Positions 37,903 through 47,869 of a stretch of 64,000 nt of DNA are shown one piece after another. Position numbers and translations under genes: made by a program. Each line of letters opens with the position of its first letter. Within the stretch, counting starts at the first letter, position 1. This DNA is from an uncultured Enterobacteriaceae bacterium (GTDB lineage: Bacteria; Pseudomonadota; Gammaproteobacteria; Burkholderiales; SG8-39). The stretch is taken from contig CAYSFD010000016.1 of NCBI GenBank assembly GCA_964430565.1, positions 78,902 to 142,901 of the forward strand. The letters run 5' to 3'. The notes beneath the pieces are model-generated. The model had not been told where the DNA came from. It saw nothing but the letters and a program-made list of their open reading frames with translations, and searched no databases.

Positions 37903-39138
37903 TCAGGAGCCGCGTGAAGCAAGCAGATCGGCGCCGATCTCGCTGACCGCTCGCACGCCGGATAGCTGCATCGCGCGCACCAGCTCGTCGCGCAGGATAT
38001 CCAGGGCGCGCGTCGCGCCGTCTTCCCCCGCGGCGCAGGCGCCGTACAGCGTAGCGCGGCCGAGCATGACGGCTTCCGCGCCGAGCGCAATCGCCTTCAC
38101 CACATCCACGCCGCGGCGCACGCCACCGTCCACCAGCACGCTCATCCTGCCTTTGACAGCGCGCACGATGGGCGGCAGCGCGTCGAGCGCGGCCACGGCC
38201 CCGTCGAGCTGGCGCCCGCCGTGATTGGACACGACCACCGCGTCGATTCCCATGGCGGCGAGCCGCTCGGCGTCGTCGGCGCGCAGGACGCCCTTCACCA
38301 GCATCTTGCGCGGCCAACGGTCGCGCATTTCCTTCAGGCCGTCCCAGTCGAAGTCCGCGTCCCAGAACTGCCCGACCGAGGAGGCGATCTCGGCGGTGCT
38401 TCTCGCCTCCGGCGCCAGGCCCATCACGTTTTCCAGCACCGGCATGCCGTAGCGCAGGAGCGAGAGCGCCCAGACGGGGCGCGAGGCGAAATCGAGCACG
38501 TTCCGCGGCGTGAAGCGGAAGCGGATCGCAAAATCGTTGCGGAAGTCGCGCTCGCGCTTGCCGCCGACCGGTACGTCCACGGTGACCATCAGCGCCTCGT
38601 AGCCGAGCCGCCGCGCGCGCTCGACCAGGCCCATCGTCATGTCGCGCTGGCGAAAGATGTAGGCCTGGAACCACAACCGCCCGCCCGCCTCGCGCGCGAT
38701 GCGCTCGATCGACGCGGTCGCCATGGTCGAGAGCGTATACGGGACTCCCGCCGCGGCGGCTGCGCGCGCGATGCCGACGTCGGCGAGCGGCCAGCCGAAA
38801 CCGATGCCTCCCGTGGGGCCGACCGCGATCGGAAGCTTCGAGCCCGTGCCGAGAATGTTCGTTTGCGTGGCGATGTGCGCGACGCCGGTCAGCATCTTCG
38901 GTGCGAGCCGCACGCGCTCGAAGGCGGCGCGGTTATCGCGCAGCGTCGTTTCGTCCTCGGCGGCGCCGTCGAAGAAATCAAACACCGCGCGCGGCAGGCG
39001 CCTTTTCGCGAGACGGCGCAGGTCCTCGATGTTCCACGCGCGCAGAAGCCGCGCGACCGCGCGCCGCGAAGCCGGACAGGAAGACGCCGCCGAAGCCGGA
39101 GATTCGGTGGCGCTGCGCAGTTCGCCCGCCGTCGTCAT
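37903..39138 (-). CDS. FMN-dependent alpha-hydroxy-acid dehydrogenase/oxidase (LldD/glycolate-oxidase family)
   Basis: RLPRAVFDFFDGAAEDETTLRDNRAAF, VVSNHGGRQLDG, VLVDGGVRRGVDVVKAIALGA. The ATG at 39138 overlaps the upstream Bug stop (ATGA). Confidence 0.88.
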   Translation of the reverse strand: MTTAGELRSATESPASAASSCPASRRAVARLLRAWNIEDLRRLAKRRLPRAVFDFFDGAAEDETTLRDNRAAFERVRLAPKMLTGVAHIATQTNILGTGSKLPIAVGPTGGIGFGWPLADVGIARAAAAAGVPYTLSTMATASIERIAREAGGRLWFQAYIFRQRDMTMGLVERARRLGYEALMVTVDVPVGGKRERDFRNDFAIRFRFTPRNVLDFASRPVWALSLLRYGMPVLENVMGLAPEARSTAEIASSVGQFWDADFDWDGLKEMRDRWPRKMLVKGVLRADDAERLAAMGIDAVVVSNHGGRQLDGAVAALDALPPIVRAVKGRMSVLVDGGVRRGVDVVKAIALGAEAVMLGRATLYGACAAGEDGATRALDILRDELVRAMQLSGVRAVSEIGADLLASRGS

Positions 39139-40103
39139 TCCGCTTTCACTCCCGAGGCCTTGATGACGCGCGCCCAACGCTCGTAGTCTTTCTTGAGAAA
39201 CGCGGAAAATTCGGCGGGCGTATCCGCGACGATCACGGCGCCCTGCGCCTTCATGGTCTCTTTCGTCTTCGGCCTGGCGAGGGACTTGCGCATTTCCTCG
39301 CTGAGACGATTGACGATAGGCGCCGGCGTTCCGGCCGGAGCGAGCAAGCCGACCCAAGGGGCGGTCTCCTCGAAGCCCGGAAAGCCCGCCTCCGCCATGG
39401 TGGGGACTCCCGGAAAATCGGGATGACGCACCGGCGTGCCGACCGAAATGACTTTCAGCTTCTTCGCAGCCACCTGGTCGGCGATGCCGACGATCGGATA
39501 GAACATGAAGGTCACGCGGCCGGCCATCACCTCGGCAAGCGCCGGACCGTTTCCCTTAAAGGGGACGTTGATCATCTTCGTGCCGGTCGCGTTCTCCAGC
39601 ATCGCACCGGCGAGATGCGTCGAGCCGCCGATGCCCGAGGTCCCGTAGCTCAGTTCACCGGGCTTCGCCTTGGCGAGCGCCACCAGCTCCTTCATGGTAT
39701 TGGCAGGAATCCCGGGGCTCGCCACGATCACCATCGGCAGCACCGCCGCATTGCACACCGGCGCGAAATCTTTGAACGGGTCGTACTTGGCCTTGGTCTC
39801 CGGCAGGATCGCGTTGACAAGGAGCGAAAGAGAGGAAAACAGCAGCGCGTAGCCGTCAGGAGCTGCATGCGCGACCGCTTCGGTGGCAATGATGGCGTTG
39901 GCACCGGGTCGGTTCTCTACAACGAAGGACTGGCCGAGCGACTGGGTCATGTCCGCCGCGACGATGCGCGCAATCACGTCGGTCGGCCCGCCTGCCCCAA
40001 AGCCGACGACGAACTTGACCGGCTTTGTCGGATAGCCCTGCGCCGCGGCGCTGCCGGCAAGCGCGCACAGCGCGGCGACGAGCGCCGCAAATGTCTTCTT
40101 CAT
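39135..40103 (-). CDS. Bug/TctC-family substrate-binding protein
   Basis: MKKTFAALVAALCALAGSAAAQGYPTKPVKFVVGFGAGGPTDVIAR. The ATG at 40103 is preceded by AAGGAGGAG. Confidence 0.9.
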   Translation of the reverse strand: MKKTFAALVAALCALAGSAAAQGYPTKPVKFVVGFGAGGPTDVIARIVAADMTQSLGQSFVVENRPGANAIIATEAVAHAAPDGYALLFSSLSLLVNAILPETKAKYDPFKDFAPVCNAAVLPMVIVASPGIPANTMKELVALAKAKPGELSYGTSGIGGSTHLAGAMLENATGTKMINVPFKGNGPALAEVMAGRVTFMFYPIVGIADQVAAKKLKVISVGTPVRHPDFPGVPTMAEAGFPGFEETAPWVGLLAPAGTPAPIVNRLSEEMRKSLARPKTKETMKAQGAVIVADTPAEFSAFLKKDYERWARVIKASGVKAE

Positions 40104-40135
40104 TACTCCTCCTTGGTTATGAACTCTCCGCCTCA

Positions 40136-41005
40136 TTACTCGCCGTAGAACATCGTCGCCATCACCTGGCAGCGCTTGATGAGGCGGGGCTCGTCCGGGC
40201 CGTAGTCGGCGACCGCGTTGTGGATGGTGCCGATGTCCTCCCACATGAGCACGTCGCCCTCGGTCCAGTGGAATGCATAGCGGTACTCGGGTCTAAGCTG
40301 GTGCTCGAAGAGGAATGCCAGCGTCTCGTCGCTTTCCTTTTCCGGCAGCTCGTTGATGCGCATTGAATAGCCCGGGTTCGCGTAGAGCACCTTGCGCTTG
40401 GTGATCGGGTGCGCGAGAAAGATCGGGTGCGACACCGGCGGCTTCGCTTTCCTCTGCGCCTCGGTGAGCGCCGGGCGCTTGCTGCCTTTCTCGCGCCGCA
40501 TCATCTCCCAGAACTTGTTGAAGTCGTGCAGAACCGTCATGCCGTCGAGGTCGCGCTTCATTTCGGCTGGAAGGCCGTCGTAGGCGGCGTGCATGTTGCT
40601 GAATTCCGTCGCGCCGAGCGGCTTGCCGTCGCGCCGCGGGATCTTGATGCCGTAGAGCACGTTCGCGAACGCGATCATGCTGCTGTAGGACATGTCGGTG
40701 TGCCAGTCCTGCCCCGCGTCCGCCAGGCCGATCGGCTTGCCGTTCTCGACGATGTTGGAAAGCGTCATCACCTCCGGAATTCCCGGCTCCTGGTAGGCGT
40801 TGGCGACGTTGATCTCGAGCTTGCCGAAGTGCGCGCTGAAGTCAGCGAGCTGCCGGCCCGTGAGCGTCTGGCGAGGAAAGCGCACCACGCCACGCTCGCC
40901 CAGCGTGCGCAGCACCGTGTCGAACTCCTCCTGCGAGAGCGCCTTCGCGAGATCGACGCCCTCGATCGTCGTGCCGAGGGTTTCACCGCTGTTGATGACT
41001 TTCAT
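40136..41005 (-). CDS. TauD/TfdA-family Fe(II)/2-oxoglutarate dioxygenase
   Basis: GQDWHTDMSY (His-x-Asp), GATEFSNM and a C-terminal WEDIGTIHNA...RLIKRCQV. Confidence 0.85.
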   Translation of the reverse strand: MKVINSGETLGTTIEGVDLAKALSQEEFDTVLRTLGERGVVRFPRQTLTGRQLADFSAHFGKLEINVANAYQEPGIPEVMTLSNIVENGKPIGLADAGQDWHTDMSYSSMIAFANVLYGIKIPRRDGKPLGATEFSNMHAAYDGLPAEMKRDLDGMTVLHDFNKFWEMMRREKGSKRPALTEAQRKAKPPVSHPIFLAHPITKRKVLYANPGYSMRINELPEKESDETLAFLFEHQLRPEYRYAFHWTEGDVLMWEDIGTIHNAVADYGPDEPRLIKRCQVMATMFYGE

Positions 41006-41012
41006 CCGCTTC

Positions 41013-41981
41013 CTAATCGATCTTCAGACCTGTGTCTTTGATGATCTTCGCGTAGCGCACGACGTCGGCGCGCACCATCGCGGCGAACTCCTCCGGCGTG
41101 CGCGTCACAGCGCCGTCGGCGCCGACCTCGGCGAGCCGTGCCCACGTCTCCGGCGACTGCATCGCTTTCATGGTTTCCGCGTGCAGGCGGTTCACGATAG
41201 TGGGTGCGGTTCCGCCGGGCGCGAACACGCCGTACCAGGTCGTCACCTCGTAGCCCGGCACACCGGCTTCCGCCACCGTGGGCACATCGGGATACTCGGG
41301 CACGCGCTTTGAGCTCGACACGCCGAGCACCCGCATTCTCCCGGAGCGCACGTTGCCCGCCGAAGCAGGCGCGGTGTCGAAGGCCACCTGAACCTGCCCG
41401 GCGAGGAGATCCGCCATCGACTGGCCGGTACCCTTGTAGGGTACGTGCACGATATTCAGTCCCGCCATGCTCTTGAAGATCTCGCCCGCGAGGTGCGGCG
41501 TGCTGCCGTTGCCGGCGGACGGAAAACTGAGTTTGCCCGGTCGCTCTTTCGCGTAGGCGATCAGCTCCTTGATGGTATTCACCGGCAAGGACGGGTGGAC
41601 GACGACGAAGTGCGGCACCGAGGCGGTAAGCGTGATCGGAGCGAAGTCCTTGATCACGTCGTATTGCAGGTTCGGAAAGAGGCTCGACGCGATCGCGTTC
41701 ACCGACACGTGGCCCATCATGATCGTGTAGCCGTCGGCCGGGGATTTCGCGACCGCCGCTGCGGCCACAGTGCCGGTCGCGCCGGGCCGGTTCTCGATCA
41801 CCACCGGCTGACCGAGATTCTCCGAGAGCTTGGGCGAAATGATGCGCGCGACCACGTCGGTGCCGCCTCCGGGCGGGAAACCGACGACCATGCGGATCGG
41901 GCGGGTCGGATACGCCTGCGAAAGAGCGGTCCCGCAAGGCAGCGCAAGCGCTGCCAGAAACAGAATCAGATATTTTTTCAT
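41013..41981 (-). CDS. Bug/TctC-family substrate-binding protein
   Basis: MKKYLILFLAALALPCGTALSQAYPTRPIRMVVGFPPGGGTDVVAR. Confidence 0.9.
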   Translation of the reverse strand: MKKYLILFLAALALPCGTALSQAYPTRPIRMVVGFPPGGGTDVVARIISPKLSENLGQPVVIENRPGATGTVAAAAVAKSPADGYTIMMGHVSVNAIASSLFPNLQYDVIKDFAPITLTASVPHFVVVHPSLPVNTIKELIAYAKERPGKLSFPSAGNGSTPHLAGEIFKSMAGLNIVHVPYKGTGQSMADLLAGQVQVAFDTAPASAGNVRSGRMRVLGVSSSKRVPEYPDVPTVAEAGVPGYEVTTWYGVFAPGGTAPTIVNRLHAETMKAMQSPETWARLAEVGADGAVTRTPEEFAAMVRADVVRYAKIIKDTGLKID

Positions 41982-42011
41982 TTGCCGCCGTCCCGCCTGA
42001 GCCGGGCCCGC

Positions 42012-42437
42012 CTAGCTGGATCGGTTGATGCTTATCCCGCCGGGGCCGAAGGCGTAGAGCATGAGGAGCCCGCCCGAGATGGAAACGTTCTTCATGAAGT
42101 GAGCCATCGGTTCCTGGCCCCCCGAGGGGTTGTGAAACACCCAGGTAACGGGAATCATCCAAAGGAACAGCGCGGCCGCTGCCCAGCGCGTCTTCCACCC
42201 GGCCATGATCGCCAGCGCAGCGGCGGTCTCGATGATGCCCGAGGCAATGACCAGCAGTTCCGGGAACGGCAAGCCTGCTTTCTGCATGTAGCCCAGAGTC
42301 GGAGCGAAGTGCACGAACTTTTCGATGCCCGACAGGAGAAAGATCAGCGCGATCAGGATGCGGCCGGCGAGCGCCGCGGGGCTTTGGGTAATCACGGGGT
42401 GAACTCCTTGAAGGGGACTCCGGAAAATATACACCAA
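42012..42437 (-). CDS. DoxX-family membrane protein
   Basis: GRILIALIFLLSGIEKF, four TM helices, NVSISGGLLML. The exact start is uncertain. Confidence 0.75.
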   Translation of the reverse strand: MVYIFRSPLQGVHPVITQSPAALAGRILIALIFLLSGIEKFVHFAPTLGYMQKAGLPFPELLVIASGIIETAAALAIMAGWKTRWAAAALFLWMIPVTWVFHNPSGGQEPMAHFMKNVSISGGLLMLYAFGPGGISINRSS

Positions 42438-42600
42438 TGCAGCCTATTTCATCATCTCGGAGCGGCCGGCGCGGCCGTCAGCTCACCGCCGACTTGCTCG
42501 ACCTCGCCGTCGGTGGTCTTCAAATCTTTGCGGTCGGGGCTTGACGTTGACGCGCGCCGGGTCGAGGATACGGTTTCAACGCAGACAGGGAGAATTCACC

Positions 42601-43683
42601 ATGCGACACCGCCGTTCCCCGATGTATGCCATGTTCATCGCCGCATTCGCGCTCGCGGCGAGCACCACCGTTTGGGCGCAGCAGAAAGGCGGCAAGCACC
42701 ACACGCTCGCCGCGACGCTCGAGACCGTTCAGTGGGGCTGGCTCGATCCGAACGAGCCGCCCAAGCTCAGGATCAATTCCGGCGACACCGTTTCGATCGA
42801 GACCATGATGCACGCGCACGACAAGGTGAAGCCCGGGATCACGATGGACGAGATCATCGCGCTGCGCAAGGCCAATCCCGGCGGCGGGCCGCATTCGATA
42901 ACCGGGCCGATCTACGTCGAGGGCGCCGAGCCCGGCGACGTGCTCGAAGTGCGCATCCGCAAGATCGTGCCCAAGCCCTTCGGCGTGAACTTCAACCTCC
43001 CGGGCAAGGAATTCCCGACCATCGGCGCGCTCGCGTCGGAGATGCCCGACGGCTTCGTGCGCTTCATGCCGTTCGACATGAAAACGCGCACCGCAGAGTT
43101 CAAGCCTGGAATCACCATCGACCTGAAACCCTTCCCGGGCACGCTCGCCGTCGGCATCGACCCGAACGATCCCTCGCCGCGCAAGGGCGGCGTGAAGGAC
43201 AACCCAATGGCGCCGGTCTCGACGCTGCGGCCGTGGAAGAACGGCTCGAACATGGACATCAACGAGCTTCAGGAAGGCACGACCATCTTCTTCCCGGTAT
43301 TCCTGAAAGGCGGGCTCATCTGGACCGGCGACTCGCACTGCCGCCAGGGCAACGGCGAGGTGAACCTCACCGCGCTCGAGTGCTCTTACAGGGAAATCGT
43401 GCTGCAGCCGATCGTGCGCAAGGACATGAAGCTCGAGTGGCCGCGCATCGAGACCAAGACGCATTGGATTTCGGTCGGGTTGGACGAGGACCTCAACAAG
43501 GCGATGGTGAACGCGGTGCGCGAAGCGGTGGACTTCCTCGCCGCCCAGAAAAGCGTGCCGCTCACCCGCTACGAGGCCTACTCGCTCGTCTCGATGGTAG
43601 GCGATTGCCGCGTCTCGCAGGTGGTGGACGTGCGTAAGGGCGTGCACTGCATGATCCCGAAGTCGGTCTTTACGAAGAAGTAA
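42601..43683 (+). CDS. acetamidase/formamidase-family protein with an N-terminal Sec signal peptide
   Basis: MRHRRSPMYAMFIAAFALAASTTVWAQQ. ITGPIYVEGAEPGDVLEVRI, NGSNMDINEL and WTGDSHCRQGNGEV resemble FmdA/AmdA-family motifs. The ATG at 42601 is preceded by GGGAGA. Confidence 0.8.
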   Translation: MRHRRSPMYAMFIAAFALAASTTVWAQQKGGKHHTLAATLETVQWGWLDPNEPPKLRINSGDTVSIETMMHAHDKVKPGITMDEIIALRKANPGGGPHSITGPIYVEGAEPGDVLEVRIRKIVPKPFGVNFNLPGKEFPTIGALASEMPDGFVRFMPFDMKTRTAEFKPGITIDLKPFPGTLAVGIDPNDPSPRKGGVKDNPMAPVSTLRPWKNGSNMDINELQEGTTIFFPVFLKGGLIWTGDSHCRQGNGEVNLTALECSYREIVLQPIVRKDMKLEWPRIETKTHWISVGLDEDLNKAMVNAVREAVDFLAAQKSVPLTRYEAYSLVSMVGDCRVSQVVDVRKGVHCMIPKSVFTKK

Positions 43684-43689
43684 TCCACA

Positions 43690-44634
43690 GTGCGGGCGGT
43701 GCGCCGGTTCGTTGCGCCGCTCGCGCTCTCCGCCGCTCTGGCGGGAGCCGCGTGGACCTCGTGGACGGCGCCGCAGCGCCCGGCGGTCCTGCAAGTGGCC
43801 GCCACGACCACGGACCTGAAGGCCCTGGTCGAAGAAGTCGGCGGCGACCGCGTCAGGGTCGAGAGCCTCGCCGGCGCGACGCATGACCCGCACGCGATCG
43901 AGCTCAAGCCGGGCCAGATCGCGTGGCTCAAGCGCTCCGCGCTCCTCGTGCGCATCGGGCTCGATCACGAGCCCTGGCTCGCGCGCGCCGTCGCCACGGC
44001 GGGCGAGCCGCGCCTCGCGCCCGGCGGCTCGGGCGATCTCGACGCGTCGAAAGGGATCGCGCTCCTGCAGTCCGAGACGCCGCGGCTGCGCACCGACCGC
44101 CGCGCGCACGTGCACGCGTTCGGCAATCCGCACTACTGGCTCGATCCGGAAAACGCGCGCGCGATTACCGCGGCGATTCTCGATCGCCTCGCACAACTGG
44201 GGCCGGAGGAGCGCGCTGCGTTCGCCGCGAACCGCGAGCGCTTCCTTGCCCGGCTGGACGCAGGCCTGGCGCGTTGGACGCGCTCGCTCGCGCCCTATCG
44301 CGGCACGCGCGCGGTCGTCGTGCACGAGAGCTGGCCCTATTTTGCGGAGCGCTTCGGCCTTGCGATCGTCGCCGCCATCGAGCCGACGCCCGGCGTGCCG
44401 CCCACCCCGGCGACGCTCGCCCAACTCGCTCAGCGCATGAAAGCCTCGGGCGTGCGCCTCATCATCGCGGAGCCCTACTCGGACGCCTCGCTCGTGCGCC
44501 AGGTGGCCGAGCGCAGCGGTGCGCGCGTGGCCGTCCTCATCCCGTCGGTCGGCGCCGATCCCGCGGCCGGCGACTACCTGGCGCTTTTCGACCTGAACGT
44601 AAAGAGTCTCGCCGACGCGCTCGCCTCGCCCTGA
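43690..44634 (+). CDS. ZnuA/TroA-family metal ABC transporter substrate-binding protein
   Basis: Signal peptide. THDPHAIELKP, HVHAFGNPHYWLDP, VVHESWPYF, IAEPY. GTG start 7 nt after the formamidase stop. Confidence 0.82.
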   Translation: MRAVRRFVAPLALSAALAGAAWTSWTAPQRPAVLQVAATTTDLKALVEEVGGDRVRVESLAGATHDPHAIELKPGQIAWLKRSALLVRIGLDHEPWLARAVATAGEPRLAPGGSGDLDASKGIALLQSETPRLRTDRRAHVHAFGNPHYWLDPENARAITAAILDRLAQLGPEERAAFAANRERFLARLDAGLARWTRSLAPYRGTRAVVVHESWPYFAERFGLAIVAAIEPTPGVPPTPATLAQLAQRMKASGVRLIIAEPYSDASLVRQVAERSGARVAVLIPSVGADPAAGDYLALFDLNVKSLADALASP

Positions 44635-44644
44635 AGCTCCGAAG

Positions 44645-45940
44645 ATGATCGAGCTGCTTACGCTTCCCTTTCTCGCCTGCCTCGTGCTTACGCTCATGCA
44701 CGTGCACCTGGGGCTGCACGTGCTCGCGCGCGGCGTGATCTTCGTCGATCTCGCGCTCGCGCAGATGGCGGCGCTCGGCCTTACCGTAGCACTGCTCGCC
44801 GGGCATTCCCTGCAGGGCGAAGGCGCGTACGGCTACGCGCTCGCCTTTGCGGTAGGCGGGGCGGTGCTCTTCGCCCTCACGCGCACGCGCGGCGGCGCCG
44901 TCCCGCAGGAAGCTGTGATCGGAATCGTATACGCGGTGTCCGCGGCGCTCGCGGTGATCGTGCTCGACCGCGCGCCGCAGGGCGGCGAGCACATCAAGCA
45001 GCTCCTCGTCGGCGCTATCCTCACCGTGTCGGCGCGCGACGTCGCCGCGCTCGCGGGACTGTACGCTGCGATCGGGCTCGTGCACTGGGCGCTGCGGCGC
45101 CCGCTGATCGAAGTCTCGCTCGACCCCGAGGGCGCGGCGCGCGCCGGGCGCGCGCTCGTCTTCTGGGACATTTTTTTCTACGCGAGCTTCGCGCTCGTCG
45201 TCACCTCGTCGGTGCGCGTGGCGGGTGTGCTCCTCGTATTCGCCTACCTCGTCGTCCCCGCCGCGATCGCCTCCCTTTTCGTACGCTCGGTGCGCGCACG
45301 GCTTGCGCTCGGCTGGGCGCTCGGCGCGGCGGTCAGCGCTGCGGGACTATGGGCATCGTGGGCCTGTGATTTTCCGACCGGCGCGACGCTAGTGAGCGCC
45401 TTCGGCGCGGCGATTGCTCTCGCGGCGGCCAGCATCGGCGCAGCGCGCGCGGCAAAGGCGGTCCGCGCGGAAGGTCTTGCGGCGCTGCGGCCCGCGGCGG
45501 CGATGTTCGGCGGACTTCTTGCACTCGCCGGTGCGCTGCTCCTCGCTTTGCCCGGGATGGACCATCCCTGGCTCGACGCGGTCGAGAGCGCGGTGCCGCA
45601 AGTGCGGGAAGCATTCCTCACGGAAGACAAGCTTGAGACGCTGCGCGACACCGAGGACAGCCTCGCGCGCGGACAGGCGGAACTCGACCGCCTGCGGCGC
45701 ATGCAGCAAGACGTGCGCTGGGGCGCACTCGCCATGGACGCCGAGCGCGAAGAGCGGCTACGGCAGTTCATCGCCGGACGCGCGGAGCTCGTCGCGGGCG
45801 ACCAGCTGGTGTTGCGCTCGCTTCGCGCCACGGCGCGCGCTCGCCAGCGCTTTCCGCTCGGACTGCTGCTCGTGATCGGCGGAGGTACGCTCGCTTTTTT
45901 ATTCGGCCGACGCCGCCGTCCCGAAGCCAGCCGGACCTGA
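44645..45940 (+). CDS. ZnuB/ABC-3-family metal transporter permease with a ~150-aa C-terminal extension
   Basis: The first ~270 aa are ABC-3-like (GVIFVDLALAQMAALG, LLVFAYLVVPAA). After that come an extra TM segment, a charged helical segment (…EDKLETLRDTEDSLARGQAELDRLRRMQQD…) and a terminal TM. Confidence 0.78.
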   Translation: MIELLTLPFLACLVLTLMHVHLGLHVLARGVIFVDLALAQMAALGLTVALLAGHSLQGEGAYGYALAFAVGGAVLFALTRTRGGAVPQEAVIGIVYAVSAALAVIVLDRAPQGGEHIKQLLVGAILTVSARDVAALAGLYAAIGLVHWALRRPLIEVSLDPEGAARAGRALVFWDIFFYASFALVVTSSVRVAGVLLVFAYLVVPAAIASLFVRSVRARLALGWALGAAVSAAGLWASWACDFPTGATLVSAFGAAIALAAASIGAARAAKAVRAEGLAALRPAAAMFGGLLALAGALLLALPGMDHPWLDAVESAVPQVREAFLTEDKLETLRDTEDSLARGQAELDRLRRMQQDVRWGALAMDAEREERLRQFIAGRAELVAGDQLVLRSLRATARARQRFPLGLLLVIGGGTLAFLFGRRRRPEASRT

Positions 45941-46177
45941 CAGTCGGAGCGCAACACAAGAACCTGTCGATAATCGAGCCGTCAACGAACCCGCGCCAGT
46001 ACACGCGCGGCAGCCGTTACCGATTTCACCACGGCGGCAGCGCAAGGAGCTTCGCTTATCTTCGACTGGATGCGACAGCGCCGGAACCGGATCACGCTAG
46101 CGGATACGGAAGTGCGGGAGCGCGACGACCGTGGCGGCGCGATTATCAGACAATGATAAGCCTCGATAGAACTTCGG

Positions 46178-47788
46178 TCAGGCCACTGCGCCGTCCGGCT
46201 TTCGCCGCAGCACCTTTCCCGGCATCGCGCCGGTGTGTGCCGCGGCATCGATGACGATCTCCCCATTGACGACCACCGTGGTTCGCGCGCCGCTCGGGTA
46301 CTGGTGCGGCTTTTCGTAGGTCGCCCTGTCCCGGAAGTCGGCCGGATCGAAGATCATGACATCCGCGCGCAGGCCCTCGCGCAGAAAGCCGCGATCGGCG
46401 AGCTTCAAGGCCCGCGCCGTTCCGCCGGTCATCTTGTGAATCGCGAGCTCGAGCGGGACGATTCCTTCCTCATGCACGTAGCGCCCGAGCACGCGCGGGA
46501 AGGTCCCGTAGAAGCGCGGGTGCGGCATGCCCTGGCTGGTGATGCCGGTCGTGGCGACGCAGTTGCCGTCGGAACCCACCAGCGCCCGCGGCGAACGGAT
46601 CAGCTCGCGCACGTCATCCTCCGAGATCGACGTGACGAGCACGCGTGTTGCGCCTTTGTCGTCGATCAGGTAGTCGCACAGCGCATCTACGGGGTCCTTG
46701 CCGCGCTCTGCGGCGAGCTGCGCGATGGTGCGGCCGGCGAATTGCGGGAGATTGGGCGTGATCGAGATTCGCACCGCATCCCAGGATTCGATGCGCCCCC
46801 AGTTGTTAAGGCCGTGCGCCGCGACGTCCTCGCGGATACTGCGGCGCGTCTCGGGCAGTTTCAGGCGCTCGAGCATCGCTTCCACCCCGCCCGCCTGCAC
46901 CCATTGCGGCAGGATGTTCTTGAGCGGATTGCTCCCCGCTGTATACGGATACGCGTCGCAGTCGATCTCGACTCCGCGGGCGCGTGCGGTGTCCAGCATC
47001 GCGAGCGCCTTCGGAACCTTGCCCCAGTTGTCGGTACCCGAGCACTTGAAGTGCACCACCTGCACGTGGATGCCGCAGGTTTCGCCCACCTCGATCGCTT
47101 CCTCAAGCGCCTCGAGCACTCTGTTCGACTCGTCGCGGAGATGCGTGAAATAGAGCGCCTTGTGGCGCTGGAGCACGCGCCCGAGCGCGATCATCTCCTC
47201 GGCCTTCGCGTACGAGCCCGGTGCGGTGAAAAGGCCGCTCGACATGCCGAGCGCCCCGGCGCGCAGGGCGTCCTCCAGAAGCCCGCTCATGCGGTCTAGC
47301 TCCGCCGCGGTCGGCGCGCGCTCCTCCATTCCCATCACCATGAGCCGCAGCGTGTTGTGCCCCACGAGCATGCCTGCGTTGACCGAAATCGCAGGGAACG
47401 TGTCGAGGTACTCTGGGAAGGCGAGCTCGCGGAACGGCAGCCACGGAGCGCTCGGCGCGAGATACTCCTTCAGCAGCTGCACCTTTCCCGGCAAGCAGGG
47501 CGCCACGGAAAACCCGCAGTGGCCGATGATCTCGGTGGTGACGCCTTGGCGCAGCTTGCTCTCGGCGCGCGGATTGATCGGCAGGGTGAAATCCGAGTGG
47601 GTCTTGATGTCGATGAAGCCCGGCGCGACGGCGAGGCCCTCGGCGTCGATCACGCGGGCCGCGCCCTCTGAAAGCGCCGGCACGACGGCGGCAAGGCGGC
47701 CGCCGGTGATTGCGACGTCGGCGCGCTCGCCCGGGCGGCCGCTGCCGTCGAACACCGTGCCGCCGCGGATTGCGATATCGTAGCGCAT
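46178..47788 (-). CDS. N-acyl-D-amino-acid deacylase (D-aminoacylase) family amidohydrolase
   Basis: MRYDIAIRGGTVFDGSG, APGFIDIKTHSD, TTEIIGHCG, YFTHLRDE, VHFKCSG, DAYPYTAGS, GSDG. The ATG at 47788 lies inside a longer track ORF. Confidence 0.88.
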   Translation of the reverse strand: MRYDIAIRGGTVFDGSGRPGERADVAITGGRLAAVVPALSEGAARVIDAEGLAVAPGFIDIKTHSDFTLPINPRAESKLRQGVTTEIIGHCGFSVAPCLPGKVQLLKEYLAPSAPWLPFRELAFPEYLDTFPAISVNAGMLVGHNTLRLMVMGMEERAPTAAELDRMSGLLEDALRAGALGMSSGLFTAPGSYAKAEEMIALGRVLQRHKALYFTHLRDESNRVLEALEEAIEVGETCGIHVQVVHFKCSGTDNWGKVPKALAMLDTARARGVEIDCDAYPYTAGSNPLKNILPQWVQAGGVEAMLERLKLPETRRSIREDVAAHGLNNWGRIESWDAVRISITPNLPQFAGRTIAQLAAERGKDPVDALCDYLIDDKGATRVLVTSISEDDVRELIRSPRALVGSDGNCVATTGITSQGMPHPRFYGTFPRVLGRYVHEEGIVPLELAIHKMTGGTARALKLADRGFLREGLRADVMIFDPADFRDRATYEKPHQYPSGARTTVVVNGEIVIDAAAHTGAMPGKVLRRKPDGAVA

Positions 47789-47869
47789 CGATTTTCGGAT
47801 TCTGTCGAACCCCGTATTACCTCCTCTGCGCCAGCATACAATAGCGGGCAGTCGCAAGGGAGAAGCGCC

